Shown here one piece after another: positions 28,976-39,552 of a stretch of 64,000 nucleotides of DNA (positions are counted from its first letter, which is position 1; the number at the start of each line of letters is the position of its first letter). The stretch is from Candidatus Latescibacterota bacterium. GTDB lineage: Bacteria > Latescibacterota > UBA2968 > GCA-2709665. The position numbers and the translations under genes are program-made. The notes under the pieces are model-generated. The model was not told the origin of the DNA. It did not search any database and saw only the letters and a program-made list of their open reading frames with translations. The stretch lies in NCBI GenBank assembly GCA_965237675.1, contig OZ250150.1:160001-224000 (forward strand), written 5' to 3'.

Positions 28976-29980
28976 ATGGCGGGAAAAAACAAGACGATCG
29001 GCGCGCTCATCGAGGTCCGTCGAAAGGGTGTGGCCTGGCTGCTGGATCATATTAACGCGGACGGGTCGCTGGGAGATAAAACCGAGGGGTTCCATTTTTA
29101 CCGGGCGCCGTGGACGTTCTCGATTGTGGGCGAAACCGGGCCGGCGACGCGGGTTTGCGCCTGGATCCGACGGGAGATGTTGACACCGGAGGGCAGGATC
29201 GAAGGGCCGTATCGCGTGTTCGACGATGCGTACGCCTATCGGAATGCCACGCTGATTGTCGGCGCGCATCTGGCGCGGCAGTATGACTTGAGTTATGGGC
29301 TGATGCCGGATCTGCTTTCGTGGCAGGATCGCATATCGGGCGGATTTCACAACGACCGCGTGGCCGACGGACGCAGGAGTGACCGCATGGATATTCCGTA
29401 CGCATGCGGGCCCGGGCTGGCCTGCCTGGCAACGGGTCGTCTGGATGTAGCGCGATCGGTTTACCGGTTTTTGCAGCGGATGTATTCAGCGCAGGCGGAA
29501 TTGCCCGAACGGTTCTACTATGCCTGGTCGTGCGAGGAAGGCGGGGCGATTACCGGATTTTCAGTGGACGAGGCCTTCTGGCATGTGGTGGAGAACCGCG
29601 CGGACCGGCCGCAGCGCTGGACAGTCGGAGGCATCGCGGCGGGTTTCCTGTGTCGGCTTTATATGGCCGACCCTCACCCCGAATACCTGGCGCTCGCCCG
29701 TCGTTATCAGGCCTTTTCGATGGCGGCGACCGATGCACAGTTCAAGTACGCGCAGGCATGCAAGAGCAGTTGGGGTAGCGCTCTTTTGTATCAACTGACC
29801 GGCGAGCAGGCGTACCTGGATTGGGCCTGCCGGATGGGAGAATGGTACGAGCGGTTGCAGAAGCCGGAGGGGTACTGGCACTGGGAGGGACACGAGACGC
29901 TGGGATCGCGTATCGAGCTGACGCTGGAATTTGCCATGCACGTGGACACGTTGATCGGCTGTCTCGGTTCCCGGATGTGA
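28976..29980 (+). CDS. Hypothetical alpha/alpha-toroid protein (prenyltransferase/squalene-cyclase-repeat-like)
   Basis: KGVAWLLDHINADGS, WQDRISGGF and LQKPEGYW QW-like repeats. Confidence 0.6.
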   Translation: MAGKNKTIGALIEVRRKGVAWLLDHINADGSLGDKTEGFHFYRAPWTFSIVGETGPATRVCAWIRREMLTPEGRIEGPYRVFDDAYAYRNATLIVGAHLARQYDLSYGLMPDLLSWQDRISGGFHNDRVADGRRSDRMDIPYACGPGLACLATGRLDVARSVYRFLQRMYSAQAELPERFYYAWSCEEGGAITGFSVDEAFWHVVENRADRPQRWTVGGIAAGFLCRLYMADPHPEYLALARRYQAFSMAATDAQFKYAQACKSSWGSALLYQLTGEQAYLDWACRMGEWYERLQKPEGYWHWEGHETLGSRIELTLEFAMHVDTLIGCLGSRM

Positions 29981-29992
29981 GGAGGATGCGCA

Positions 29993-31006
29993 GTGCGGGC
30001 TCTTGTGACCGGGGCGACAGGCCGAATCGGACGACACCTGGTACGGGCGCTGGCCGAGGCAGGGCATACCGTCCGGGCACTGGTGATGCCTCACGACAAC
30101 CGGGTGACGCTTTTGGCCCCGGAGGTGGAGGTGGCATACGGGCGTCTCGAAGCGCCTGCCTCGCTTGGCCCCGCTGTTGAGGGGATGGACGCCGTATTTC
30201 ATCTGGCCGGAGCATTGACTTCGGGAGGCGGCACGGAGGAGGAATTCGTCCATGTCAACATCCAGGGCACCTATCAATTGCTGAAGGCCGCGCGCGTCCG
30301 GGCGCCGGGGCTTGCACACTTCGTGTATGCCAGCAGCGATGCCGTCTATTTCGAAAGGCCGGACGCGGACGCCCGTTACCTGCCCGTGGACGAAGACCAT
30401 CCCCGACTGGCCGGAACGGTATACGGTGCAAGCAAGATCGGCGCGGAGGAACTCTGTCTGAGTTTCGGCCGCGGTTTTGGCGTACCCATAACGATCTTGC
30501 GATTTGGCGCTACCGCGGATGCCGGGGAACTCGTCAATCCCGAAAGCGTATTCGCTCGCTGGCTGTTTCTGAACGCGGCGATGGACCATCTAAGGGCGAT
30601 ACCCGCGTTGAACGGGGCGCAGTCGAAAACGCTGGCGGCTTTGGAGTCGTTGTATTCCGGCATCGAGCAACTCGTCGTTTACGCGGATTGCGACGGGAAC
30701 GCCGAGGTTCGGCAGTGGGCTGACGCGCGCGATATTGCCGAGGGATGTCTGCGCGTGCTCGGGGCGACGTCGGCCGTGGGACAAGTATTCAACCTGGGTG
30801 GACGCGAACCGCATTGCGCGGAGGAATTCGTAACCTTCCTGGCTGCACGGTTGAATCTGCCGCATGTAAAGGCCTGTATTCCAACCGCACGACGGCCCTG
30901 GTATATCACCAGCGACAAGGCGAAACGCATCCTGGGCTATGAAGCCAGGTACACGGTGTTTGATATGGTGGAAAACGCGATCCGGATGCGGGAGACGTCG
31001 GGATGA
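29993..31006 (+). CDS. NAD-dependent epimerase/dehydratase
   Basis: VTGATGRIG, FHLAG, YASS, YGASK. Confidence 0.9.
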   Translation: MRALVTGATGRIGRHLVRALAEAGHTVRALVMPHDNRVTLLAPEVEVAYGRLEAPASLGPAVEGMDAVFHLAGALTSGGGTEEEFVHVNIQGTYQLLKAARVRAPGLAHFVYASSDAVYFERPDADARYLPVDEDHPRLAGTVYGASKIGAEELCLSFGRGFGVPITILRFGATADAGELVNPESVFARWLFLNAAMDHLRAIPALNGAQSKTLAALESLYSGIEQLVVYADCDGNAEVRQWADARDIAEGCLRVLGATSAVGQVFNLGGREPHCAEEFVTFLAARLNLPHVKACIPTARRPWYITSDKAKRILGYEARYTVFDMVENAIRMRETSG

Positions 31007-31770
31007 ATCTTGCGTGTTGTGTGTGGGCGATCGAGGGATCGGAAAACGAGATTTTGGCCCGCGCGGCCGGGTTGGGGTTTCAGAAGATCGACGTACGGCC
31101 GTTCGCTTTTTCTTCGCACGAGGCGCGGCTGAAAATCCGGGAACACGGGCTTTCGGTTTCCTGTATCGCGGCATCGTTCGGGCTGCCGGAAGGTGCGATA
31201 CTGGGGAGCAATGACCTGGAATCCGCGACGGGAGCCGCATCGTATCTCGACCGGGCGCTGGCCTATGCCGCTGGTCTGGGAGCGTCCACGGCTTACGTCG
31301 TTCCGGAACGGGATCCGGCGTATCTGGACGTTTATGCGGCGGAATTGAGGAAGGTGGCCGAACGGGCCGGCGAATTGGGTGTACGGATGTGCGTGGAACA
31401 TTTCCCGGGTTCGGCGCTTCCCACGGCCGCCGTAACGACCGCATTCTTGCGGGATGTGGGGCATCCAAACCTGTTCCTCCTGCTCGATATCGGTCACGCC
31501 CAGATGTCCGGCGAAGACCCGGCAGCGGTAATTTCGAACGCGGGGCTCCTGCTGGGTTATGTCCATCTGGACGACAATGACGGATCGCGTGATCTGCACC
31601 TGGGTTTGACGGACGGGATTCTGACCGAGGCGGTGCTGAGCGATACCATTGCCGCCTTGAGGGATATCGGCTACCGCGGCGGTCTGAGTCTGGAGTTACA
31701 CCCCGGTCTGCCGGATCCTCCGGATGCCCTCAGACGCAGCAGGGAAATTGTACTGCGTGCGATACGATGA
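31003..31770 (+). CDS. Sugar phosphate isomerase/epimerase (TIM barrel)
   Basis: CVEH, LDIGH, VHLDDNDGSRDLH, GYRGGLSLE. Confidence 0.88.
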   Translation: MNLACCVWAIEGSENEILARAAGLGFQKIDVRPFAFSSHEARLKIREHGLSVSCIAASFGLPEGAILGSNDLESATGAASYLDRALAYAAGLGASTAYVVPERDPAYLDVYAAELRKVAERAGELGVRMCVEHFPGSALPTAAVTTAFLRDVGHPNLFLLLDIGHAQMSGEDPAAVISNAGLLLGYVHLDDNDGSRDLHLGLTDGILTEAVLSDTIAALRDIGYRGGLSLELHPGLPDPPDALRRSREIVLRAIR

Positions 31771-31875
31771 AGAATGGACATTGGCCGAAAACGGCCGGAT
31801 GACGGCAACGGCGCGTCTATCGTACCCGCATTTGATCCGCGACGGTGTGGCATCAAAAGATACGGAATGACTGAT

Positions 31876-32142
31876 TCAAACCGTGTGTTTGGGAGGTCGA
31901 GCCGGAACACCTGCCAACAGCCCCTGAGCGCTTATATCTTCATCAAGGTCAGGCCAGCGAACCCCGATTCCATCGCCAATAATTTCGTGGTTGGCGCGTT
32001 CCTCCGGCGTGGCCTCCGACAGCCGCCACGACCAGACAAGAGGAACACTGATTGTACGACCATCAACAAAGTCGGCTGTAATGAAATCATCAGTAACCCG
32101 GAGAATCTGAATTCTCGGTTCCGGACTACCCGCAATGTTCAT
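31876..32142 (-). CDS. DUF2442-family protein (TA antitoxin-like)
   Basis: DGRTISVPLVWSWRLSEATPEER, GVRWPDLDEDISAQGLL. Confidence 0.9.
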   Translation of the reverse strand: MNIAGSPEPRIQILRVTDDFITADFVDGRTISVPLVWSWRLSEATPEERANHEIIGDGIGVRWPDLDEDISAQGLLAGVPARPPKHTV

Positions 32143-32362
32143 CCCAGTTCTCCAAAATGAGAATTAGATTGGCTTGAATTACTCGGCGAATTCGATTGAG
32201 TTCATGAGAAGAAAAATCCAGATTTTTGCACAGACAAATTGGTTCGAGCCAGAATTTGCAGATCCGTTTTTCACGCTGAACGTGTATATGTTTCGGTTCA
32301 TTGCAGTCGAAGCTAAAGAAGAAAAATCGATAGGGACCGGCAATGTCTCTGATAGTTGGCAT
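32126..32362 (-). CDS. DUF4160-family protein (TA toxin-like)
   Basis: MPTI..GPYRFFFFSFDCNEPKHIHV..CKFWLEP..WDEH. Confidence 0.9.
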   Translation of the reverse strand: MPTIRDIAGPYRFFFFSFDCNEPKHIHVQREKRICKFWLEPICLCKNLDFSSHELNRIRRVIQANLILILENWDEHCG

Positions 32363-32688
32363 TTTTAAAAGGCATCGGGTGTACAATCAAAAGATTAGTA
32401 AAAATTCGGTATGGCGGCCACAGCTCAGTGTTGAGTCGGTTTTCCATGACCTGAGACAACCGGGCAGTATATGACGTGTGTAATCGTGTGAATATATGCT
32501 GATGTGTTTTTAAAATCAAGAGCGTTCAAAGTGCCCCGATACGCACCTGCTGTATGGGTGTCAGCCGATATGCTATAAGTGAGGTCGAGGGGAGTTGAAT
32601 CAAGCGCGTGGATTGACGCCGTGACGTTTACGGTCGAAATCCGGCGCAACGGAAGCAGGGCCATCGAGCCCGGCGCGAGGAGGACAGG

Positions 32689-33795
32689 ATGCGTATAGAT
32701 AGCGACAAAGTCTACTTGTTTCGAACCGGGATAACCGGAAACGAGGCGCCTTTTGAGATGTACAGAGACCTGGCTTTTGAGGCGCTGCGGGGGGTGGACC
32801 TGACCCTGCCGAAAGAGGGAACGGTACTGCTCAAGCCGAATGCAACGGTCCTGTTTCCGGCGGAGAAACGAATTGTGACCCACCCTGGCTTTCTGGCGGG
32901 TATGGCCGACGCGCTCGTGGAGAAAGGAGCCGACGCGAGCAGACTGGCGGTCGCGGACGGACAATCCGGCGAACAGCCGGACAGCGGGAATACATGGACG
33001 GGGGCGGGGTACACGAAGATGGCGGCCAGCAGAAAGCTGACGTTGACCGCATTGAACGATCGGCCGAGCAGGGGAGTTCCGGTGCCCGGCGGGGTGGTGT
33101 TCGAAGCCTATCCGATTTATAGGGATGTGACCGACTGCGCATTCTTTTTCAATGTGCCGCTGGCGAAATGCCACAACCTGGGATGTACGACCCTGGCCAT
33201 CAAGAACCTGATGGGAATCCTGGCGCGGCCGGAGCGTCATCTGTGTCATATACAGGATGTCGACCGGCCGTACGAAAACGGAATCTGGCGGCTGACGGAG
33301 AGCGGGTTGAGTCTGTTTGAAGACCGGTTTTACCACAAACTATGCGACCTGGTTTCCGCCCTGCGTTCGCTGAAAATTCCCCGCCTTTGCATGGTCGACG
33401 GGTTGGTCGGAAGGGATGGCACCGCGTTTAACGAAGGCGAGAATCATCCGCTGGGTTGGACGCTCATAGGAGAAAACGAGGTACACGTGGACGCGGTTGC
33501 GACGTATCTGATGGGGCTGGATCCGGAGACGACGCCCTATTTGAGATTCGCGGCCCTTCGCGGCCTGGGCAGCAACAGGCTGGATGAGATCGACGTGGTG
33601 GACCTGGCAGGCGGCGGGACGATGGACAGGCAGGCGATGGCCGAGGTTCGTTCGGAAAAGATATTGATGCCGATCGCCCGTTACGAGGGCGGCTATTATA
33701 ATCGGTATCGGACGGACGGTTCCGTGGTGCCCTGGCGCATTGACGACGTGAACAAGCAGCGGCTCGCAGACGGATTGGAGGCAATCGCGGTGTAG
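32689..33795 (+). CDS. DUF362 domain protein
   Basis: VLLKPN, VTHP, NVPLAKCH, TLAIKNLMG, VDGLVG, DAVA..LMG. Confidence 0.85.
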   Translation: MRIDSDKVYLFRTGITGNEAPFEMYRDLAFEALRGVDLTLPKEGTVLLKPNATVLFPAEKRIVTHPGFLAGMADALVEKGADASRLAVADGQSGEQPDSGNTWTGAGYTKMAASRKLTLTALNDRPSRGVPVPGGVVFEAYPIYRDVTDCAFFFNVPLAKCHNLGCTTLAIKNLMGILARPERHLCHIQDVDRPYENGIWRLTESGLSLFEDRFYHKLCDLVSALRSLKIPRLCMVDGLVGRDGTAFNEGENHPLGWTLIGENEVHVDAVATYLMGLDPETTPYLRFAALRGLGSNRLDEIDVVDLAGGGTMDRQAMAEVRSEKILMPIARYEGGYYNRYRTDGSVVPWRIDDVNKQRLADGLEAIAV

Positions 33796-33859
33796 GTGGG
33801 CGCTCGCTGGCAATACGGGCTATTTCCTGGCATGCTTGTTGACATAACCGGAGAATGGG

Positions 33860-36250
33860 ATGGACCAGACGACTGTAGCGCCTGAATACCGGATGCCGCC
33901 GGGCGAGATTGCGGCGATTCTGGACGCCCCGACCACACCCGATATCAGCGTCGACCCCAACGGGCGGTGGATGCTCGTGCTCACGAAGCCGAGCCTGCCG
34001 CCCATTTCTGAATTGGCCCGGGAGGAGTTGCGCCTGGCGGGCTTGCGTATCGACCCTGACGCTAACGGTTTGAGCCGGTCGGGGCATTATACGGGACTCA
34101 CACTGAAACGAATTTCCGATGGAACGGAACGCCCGGTGACGGGTTTGCCGCCGGAGGCCCGGATCGCGTGGCCGCGATGGGCGCCCGACGGGCGTTGTTT
34201 TGCATTTACCGTCCGTGACGAAACCGGGATCAGGCTGTGGCTGGCGGAAGTAGATTCCGGCCTGGCGCGACAGGTGTCGGAGATCCGCTTGAACGCGGTC
34301 TTCGGCGCGCCTTTCCACTGGATACCCTCAGGACACGGAACGGCGAACGTCGGTTCGCTGATCGTCCGGGCGGTGTTGGAAGACCCGGGTGAAATTCCCG
34401 TGGCGCCTGCGTTTCCCGTCGGGCCGGAGATACGGGAGAATGCGGGGCAATCGGCGCCTTCGCGGACCTATCAGGATCTGTTGTCCGGGGCGCACGACGA
34501 GTCACTCTTTGAGTACTACACCGCGTCCCGGGTCGTGATGGTCACATCCGAAGGGGACCAGCGGGAGATCGGAAGGGAAGGATCGATTCGCCGTGCGGAG
34601 CCGGCGCCGGGCGGCGACTATCTTCTGGTGGAGATCCTCCACCGGCCATTTTCATACCTGGTGCCGCACTACCGGTTTCCGGTTCGGGTTGAAGTCTGGG
34701 ATTTGGAGGGTCGGGTGGTTCGCGAACTGGTGGATGCGCCTCTGGCGGAGAATGTACCCATCGCGTTTGACGGCGTGCCCGCCTGCCCGCGATCGTTCCG
34801 GTGGCGCAACGACGCGAACGCGACGGTGTGTTGGGTGGAGGCACAGGATGGCGGCGACCCGTCCGCAGCGGCCGACTTGCGAGATTGCGTGTATGCGCTT
34901 TCCGAGCCCTTTGAGGGCGCGCCAACGTTGTTGCAGTCTCTGGAGCTTCGGTTCGCGGGGTTGGCCTGGGGAGACGGCGCGATGGCGCTGGTGGCCGAGC
35001 GGTGGTGGCAGACCCGCCGGGCCAGAACCTGGCGGTTTGAGCCAAACGGGAAAACCACGGACCGTGAGTTGCTTTTCGACCGGTCGTGGGAGGACCGGTA
35101 CAGTGATCCGGGTACGCCGCTGTTGACGTCAAATGCCGCAGGGCGGAGTGTACTGCTGACGGGTGATGGCGGCAGGCATCTTTTTCTGGTAGGCAACGGC
35201 GCATCTCCAGACGGGGAATTCCCATTCCTGGATCGGCTCGACCTGAACACGAAGGCGACAAAGCGATTGTGGCGATGCGAGCCGCCGTATTACGAGCAGC
35301 CCATCAAATTGATCGATAAAGCGGAGCGTCTGTTGTTGACGCTCCGCGAATCGACCGAACGCCCGCCGAACGTGTTCATGCGGGCGCTGAAGGCCCGGGA
35401 GGTCAGGGAGTTGACCACGTTCCCCCATCCGGCGCCACAGCTTGCCGAGATTCGGAAGGAGCTCATTCATTACCGGCGAGCGGACGGGATCGGCTTAAAC
35501 GGCACCCTTTATTTGCCGCCAGGGTATTCCGTTGAACAGGGACCCTTGCCCTTGCTGATGTGGGCGTATCCGCGTGAGTTCAAAACCGCCGATGCCGCCG
35601 GCCAGGTGACGGGTTCTCCGTACAAATTTACCCGGGTGGACTGGACGTCGCCCCTGCCCTGGTTAACACAGGGATATGCGGTTCTGGACGGCCCGTCCAT
35701 GCCAATTGTGGGAGCAGATGGCCAGGAAGGCAATGATTCGTACGTAACCCAGCTGGTGACCGGCGCAGAGGCGGCTGTTGAGGAAGTCGTGCGCCGGGGC
35801 GTTGCGGACCGTAACCGCATTGCGATCGGTGGACATTCCTATGGCGGGTTTATGACAGCCAATCTACTGGCGCACTGCGATCTGTTTCGGGCGGGCATTG
35901 CCCGGAGCGGCGCTTATAACCGTACGCTGACGCCGTTTGGTTTCCAGTCGGAAGAGCGCACCTTATGGCAGGCGCCGGAGGTTTATTCTGCCATGTCCGC
36001 ATTTATGCATGCCGACAAGATAAAGGCGCCGCTGTTGTTGATTCATGGCCAGGCCGACAACAATTCAGGGACGTTTCCCATGCAGAGCGAGCGGCTCTAC
36101 AACGCGCTGAAGGGCCACGGCGCAACAACGCGCCTTGTGATGCTGCCCCATGAGAGCCATGGGTATAGAGCGCGTGAATCGGTAATGCACGTATTCTGGG
36201 AGATGACGGAATGGCTGGCCCGCTACGTGAAAAATCATGAAAGAGGCTGA
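33860..36250 (+). CDS. S9-family peptidase (glutamyl endopeptidase-like)
   Basis: Beta-propeller N-terminus; GGHSYG, GIARSGAYNRTLTPFGFQ, HGQADNNSGTFP, ESHGY. Confidence 0.93.
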   Translation: MDQTTVAPEYRMPPGEIAAILDAPTTPDISVDPNGRWMLVLTKPSLPPISELAREELRLAGLRIDPDANGLSRSGHYTGLTLKRISDGTERPVTGLPPEARIAWPRWAPDGRCFAFTVRDETGIRLWLAEVDSGLARQVSEIRLNAVFGAPFHWIPSGHGTANVGSLIVRAVLEDPGEIPVAPAFPVGPEIRENAGQSAPSRTYQDLLSGAHDESLFEYYTASRVVMVTSEGDQREIGREGSIRRAEPAPGGDYLLVEILHRPFSYLVPHYRFPVRVEVWDLEGRVVRELVDAPLAENVPIAFDGVPACPRSFRWRNDANATVCWVEAQDGGDPSAAADLRDCVYALSEPFEGAPTLLQSLELRFAGLAWGDGAMALVAERWWQTRRARTWRFEPNGKTTDRELLFDRSWEDRYSDPGTPLLTSNAAGRSVLLTGDGGRHLFLVGNGASPDGEFPFLDRLDLNTKATKRLWRCEPPYYEQPIKLIDKAERLLLTLRESTERPPNVFMRALKAREVRELTTFPHPAPQLAEIRKELIHYRRADGIGLNGTLYLPPGYSVEQGPLPLLMWAYPREFKTADAAGQVTGSPYKFTRVDWTSPLPWLTQGYAVLDGPSMPIVGADGQEGNDSYVTQLVTGAEAAVEEVVRRGVADRNRIAIGGHSYGGFMTANLLAHCDLFRAGIARSGAYNRTLTPFGFQSEERTLWQAPEVYSAMSAFMHADKIKAPLLLIHGQADNNSGTFPMQSERLYNALKGHGATTRLVMLPHESHGYRARESVMHVFWEMTEWLARYVKNHERG

Positions 36251-36267
36251 ACAGAAGGTTGATAGAA

Positions 36268-37683
36268 ATGCAGAACGATAACCGGACAGCGAAGACATCT
36301 TCGGATCCAAATCCGGCTGCGGCCATCGGGGAACTCCGATCGATGCTGGGCGATCGGATGCATACGGACGAGGAGATCCGGGAAGCCCATGCACAGGACG
36401 CTTCCTACCATACGCCCCGATTGCCGGACGCGGTGGTCTTTCCCGTCTGCAATGAAGAGGTGTCACAGGTCGTCAGGATCTGCGCGCGCTATCGGACGCC
36501 GATGGTGCCGTATGGGACCGGCACGGCCGTGGAAGGCGGAATTGTCGCGCTTCAGGGCGGGGTATGTATCGATACGAGCCGTATGAATCGTATCTTGAGG
36601 GTATATAAGGCAGATCAGGATGCAACGGTGGAGTCCGGGGTGACGAGGAAACAGCTGAACCGGCATTTGAAGGACACGCGGACCGGATTATACTTCCCGG
36701 TGGATCCCGGAGCGGATGCCTCACTGGGTGGAATGGCGGCGACCCGAGCATCGGGCAGTACGGCGGTGAGCTATGGAACGATGCGTGAGAACGTCCTGGG
36801 ACTGACGGTCATACTGGCTGACGGGAGTAAGGTTCACGCGGGGGGGCGGGCAAGGAAATCGTCCGCAGGGTACGACCTGGCGCATTTGTTCGTCGGATCC
36901 GAGGGTACCCTGGGTATCATAACGGAGGTGACGTTGAAGCTGATAAGGGTTCCCGAGGCCGTATCCGCGGCAGTCTGTGCGTTTCCGAACATTTCGTCGG
37001 CGGTGAATACGGTCATCGAGATCATGGCCGCGGGGATATCCATGGCGCGGATCGAGCTTCTGGACGAGGTTCAGATGGGGGCAATCAACGCCTACTCCGG
37101 GTTTGATTACCGAAAGGCACCGACCCTGTTTTTCGAGTTCCACGGTTCTGAAACGGCAGTCACCGAGAGCGTGGCGGCGGCCAGGCGGATTGCCGGAAGG
37201 TACGGCGGTGAAGATTTCCGATGGGCGACCGGTCAAAAAGAACGCGACCGTCTCTGGCAGGCGAGGTACGACGCCTATTACGCGTCGCGCAGCATGCGGC
37301 CGGGTTCGGTGGGATACGTGACGGATGTGTGCGTTCCGGTTTCAAGACTGGCGGACTGTATCTTGAGGACGAAAGACGAACTGAAGGCGTCAAGACTGAT
37401 CGCACCCCTGTTCGGACACGTTGGCGACGGAAATTTCCACGTGGTGTTCCTGATCGATCCGAACTGCACCGACGAGCTTGCCGAAGCGCGTCAGTTCGGT
37501 GAACGGATCGTTGACCTGGCCCTGGAGATGGGAGGAACCTGTACCGGTGAACACGGGATCGGAATGGGTAAACTGGCAGCCCTGGAGCATGAACATGGTG
37601 AAGGGGTGAAGGTGATGCGGGCGATTAAGAAAGCACTGGACCCGGACAATATCATGAATCCGGGAAAGGTGGTGAGGGTTTGA
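36268..37683 (+). CDS. FAD-linked oxidase (D-lactate dehydrogenase/GlcD family)
   Basis: PVDPGADASLGGM, GSEGTLGIITE, GHVGDGNFH, TGEHGIG, DPDNIMNPGK. Confidence 0.93.
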   Translation: MQNDNRTAKTSSDPNPAAAIGELRSMLGDRMHTDEEIREAHAQDASYHTPRLPDAVVFPVCNEEVSQVVRICARYRTPMVPYGTGTAVEGGIVALQGGVCIDTSRMNRILRVYKADQDATVESGVTRKQLNRHLKDTRTGLYFPVDPGADASLGGMAATRASGSTAVSYGTMRENVLGLTVILADGSKVHAGGRARKSSAGYDLAHLFVGSEGTLGIITEVTLKLIRVPEAVSAAVCAFPNISSAVNTVIEIMAAGISMARIELLDEVQMGAINAYSGFDYRKAPTLFFEFHGSETAVTESVAAARRIAGRYGGEDFRWATGQKERDRLWQARYDAYYASRSMRPGSVGYVTDVCVPVSRLADCILRTKDELKASRLIAPLFGHVGDGNFHVVFLIDPNCTDELAEARQFGERIVDLALEMGGTCTGEHGIGMGKLAALEHEHGEGVKVMRAIKKALDPDNIMNPGKVVRV

Positions 37684-37714
37684 GGCCTGGAGAAACCGAC
37701 AAAAAACTGCACAT

Positions 37715-37793
37715 AAGAATAAATATTCTTGCCATTTGGCTTTTTTTGGGTATTATTGGAATAATACTCCCATATTATGGAATAATTTTCGTG
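37715..37793 (+). promoter_or_regulatory. ARG-box-like sites and promoter of the arg operon
   Basis: AAGAATAAATATTCTT (37715), TGGAATAATACTCCCA (37757) and TGGAATAATTTTCGTG (37778), in 21-bp phase; TTGCCA-16-TATTAT. Confidence 0.7.
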
Positions 37794-38255
37794 AGCGAAA
37801 AACAGGAACGGCAGCGGCGAATTCTCGACTTCATCGCATCCCGGTCAATCGGGACCCAGAAGGCCTTGAGCGACGCGCTCAAAGCGGCGGGAATATTGAC
37901 CACACAGTCTACGCTCTCGAAGGACCTGAAACAACTGGGAATCGTGAAAACGCCGGACGGCGCGGTTGGTTTCCGCTACCAGGTGCATGTCGAAGAGTCC
38001 CAACCGTATGGCAACCGGTCGGATCTGCTGGCGCGGGAGTTGCGGGATTTCGTCGTCGATCTGGGCGGAGCGGGACATACGCTCGTGCTGAAGACGATTA
38101 CCGGTCACGCGCAGGGCGTTTGCGAGGCGATCGACGGAGTCGGATGGGCCGAGGTCGTAGGCACGATCGCAGGGGAGAATACGATCTTCATCCTGTGCCA
38201 ATCCGTGGAAAAACGCGAGGTGCTGAGGGAGCGGATTCTGAATATTTCGGGATAA
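37791..38255 (+). CDS. argR: Arginine repressor
   Basis: KQERQRRIL, TQSTLSKDLKQLGIVK, VVGTIAGENTIFI. Confidence 0.93.
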   Translation: MSEKQERQRRILDFIASRSIGTQKALSDALKAAGILTTQSTLSKDLKQLGIVKTPDGAVGFRYQVHVEESQPYGNRSDLLARELRDFVVDLGGAGHTLVLKTITGHAQGVCEAIDGVGWAEVVGTIAGENTIFILCQSVEKREVLRERILNISG

Positions 38256-38411
38256 TCGAACCGGGAGAATGAACGGCATGCGATATGATGCAGCAAGCCG
38301 CGTCTCGACGCCGTCGGCAGGAACGGGAATGAAGCGTGAGGCGTGGCCACACCCACGTTTTTCGGAACCCCCGACACCTGAGGGGGCACATGAATCCGCG
38401 GGAGGATCCGC

Positions 38412-39359
38412 GTGGTTTTGAGAGTTGGCATTTACGGCGATACGGGGATGGTTGGCCGGGAAATCGAACGGGTGCTGGCTCAGCACGACCGTGCGGAGAT
38501 CGGTTTCCGACAGAATTCAAGGCGCCGGCTGGGGGCCCTGGACGAGTGCGAACTGGTATTTCTGGCTACAAAAGACCCGGAGTCGATGCAATTCGCGCCG
38601 CAAGCGCTGGCGGCGGACACACGTGTCATCGATATGAGCGGCGCTTTCCGGCTGCCGAAGGCGCTCTTCGAGGCGGGGTACGGGATGGAACACCTCGAGC
38701 CCGAGCTGCTCGCAGAGGCGGTTTACGGGATGCCCGCCCTGTTTGCCGACCGGATTGCCGGCGCGCGATTGGTGGCCAACCCGGGCTGTTATCCAACCAG
38801 CGTCATTCTGGCTCTGAAACCGCTGAAAGGAATGGTGCAGGGGGAAGCAACGGTGGTGGCCACGTCGGGAAATTCGGGCGCACGCCGGGACGTGGAGGAT
38901 GAGCCCGACGAGGTAACGTACAACTTCGGCCGGCGCCACAAGCACGTCCCGGAGATGGAGGTCTACTCCGGGTTTCGGGTGAATTTCACGCCGATTGTGT
39001 TGCGGTCGATATTTGCGGGTATCAACGCCAATATTCGAATCGAACTGGCCGACGAACTGAAGGCGCTTCCCGGGCAGGAGGCAGCCAGCCGTCTGAACGA
39101 CGCAATCGCATCGGCGTATACGGAGGAGGACCTTGTCTGTCCTGTCGAAGATTCGGCGGACAAGCAGTGGGGCACGCGCGACGTGGTCGGAACGCACAAG
39201 TTGGCGATCAAGCTGGGGGTGGACGAAGGCTTTGCCTATATTTGCTCGATGGAGGACAATCTGGGCAAGGGGGCAGCAAGCCAGGCGGTTGAGAATATGA
39301 ATCTGATGCACGGGCTGCCCAGACTTTACGGGATCGACGGGGTTTACAGCACCGGCTGA
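38412..39359 (+). CDS. argC: N-acetyl-gamma-glutamyl-phosphate reductase
   Basis: IDMSGAFRL, VANPGCYPTS, SGNSGA, HKHVPEM, DNLGKGAASQAVENMN. Confidence 0.92.
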   Translation: MVLRVGIYGDTGMVGREIERVLAQHDRAEIGFRQNSRRRLGALDECELVFLATKDPESMQFAPQALAADTRVIDMSGAFRLPKALFEAGYGMEHLEPELLAEAVYGMPALFADRIAGARLVANPGCYPTSVILALKPLKGMVQGEATVVATSGNSGARRDVEDEPDEVTYNFGRRHKHVPEMEVYSGFRVNFTPIVLRSIFAGINANIRIELADELKALPGQEAASRLNDAIASAYTEEDLVCPVEDSADKQWGTRDVVGTHKLAIKLGVDEGFAYICSMEDNLGKGAASQAVENMNLMHGLPRLYGIDGVYSTG

Positions 39360-39552
39360 GCCATTGGCCGATACCGGCCGCCCGCAAGTGCGGAGCTGTG
39401 GTGACACGTGTCTTCCGAAGTACGGCGTTACGGGCAGCAGAGCCGTCATTGAAAAGGCAGCCGGGTTGCGTTTTTTTGAGTCGAAACCCGGAGCGCGCTG
39501 TATCGGCCGGATGCTGGCTATCGCGCCGTGTTTTCGTGTGAAGGATCGTGCA

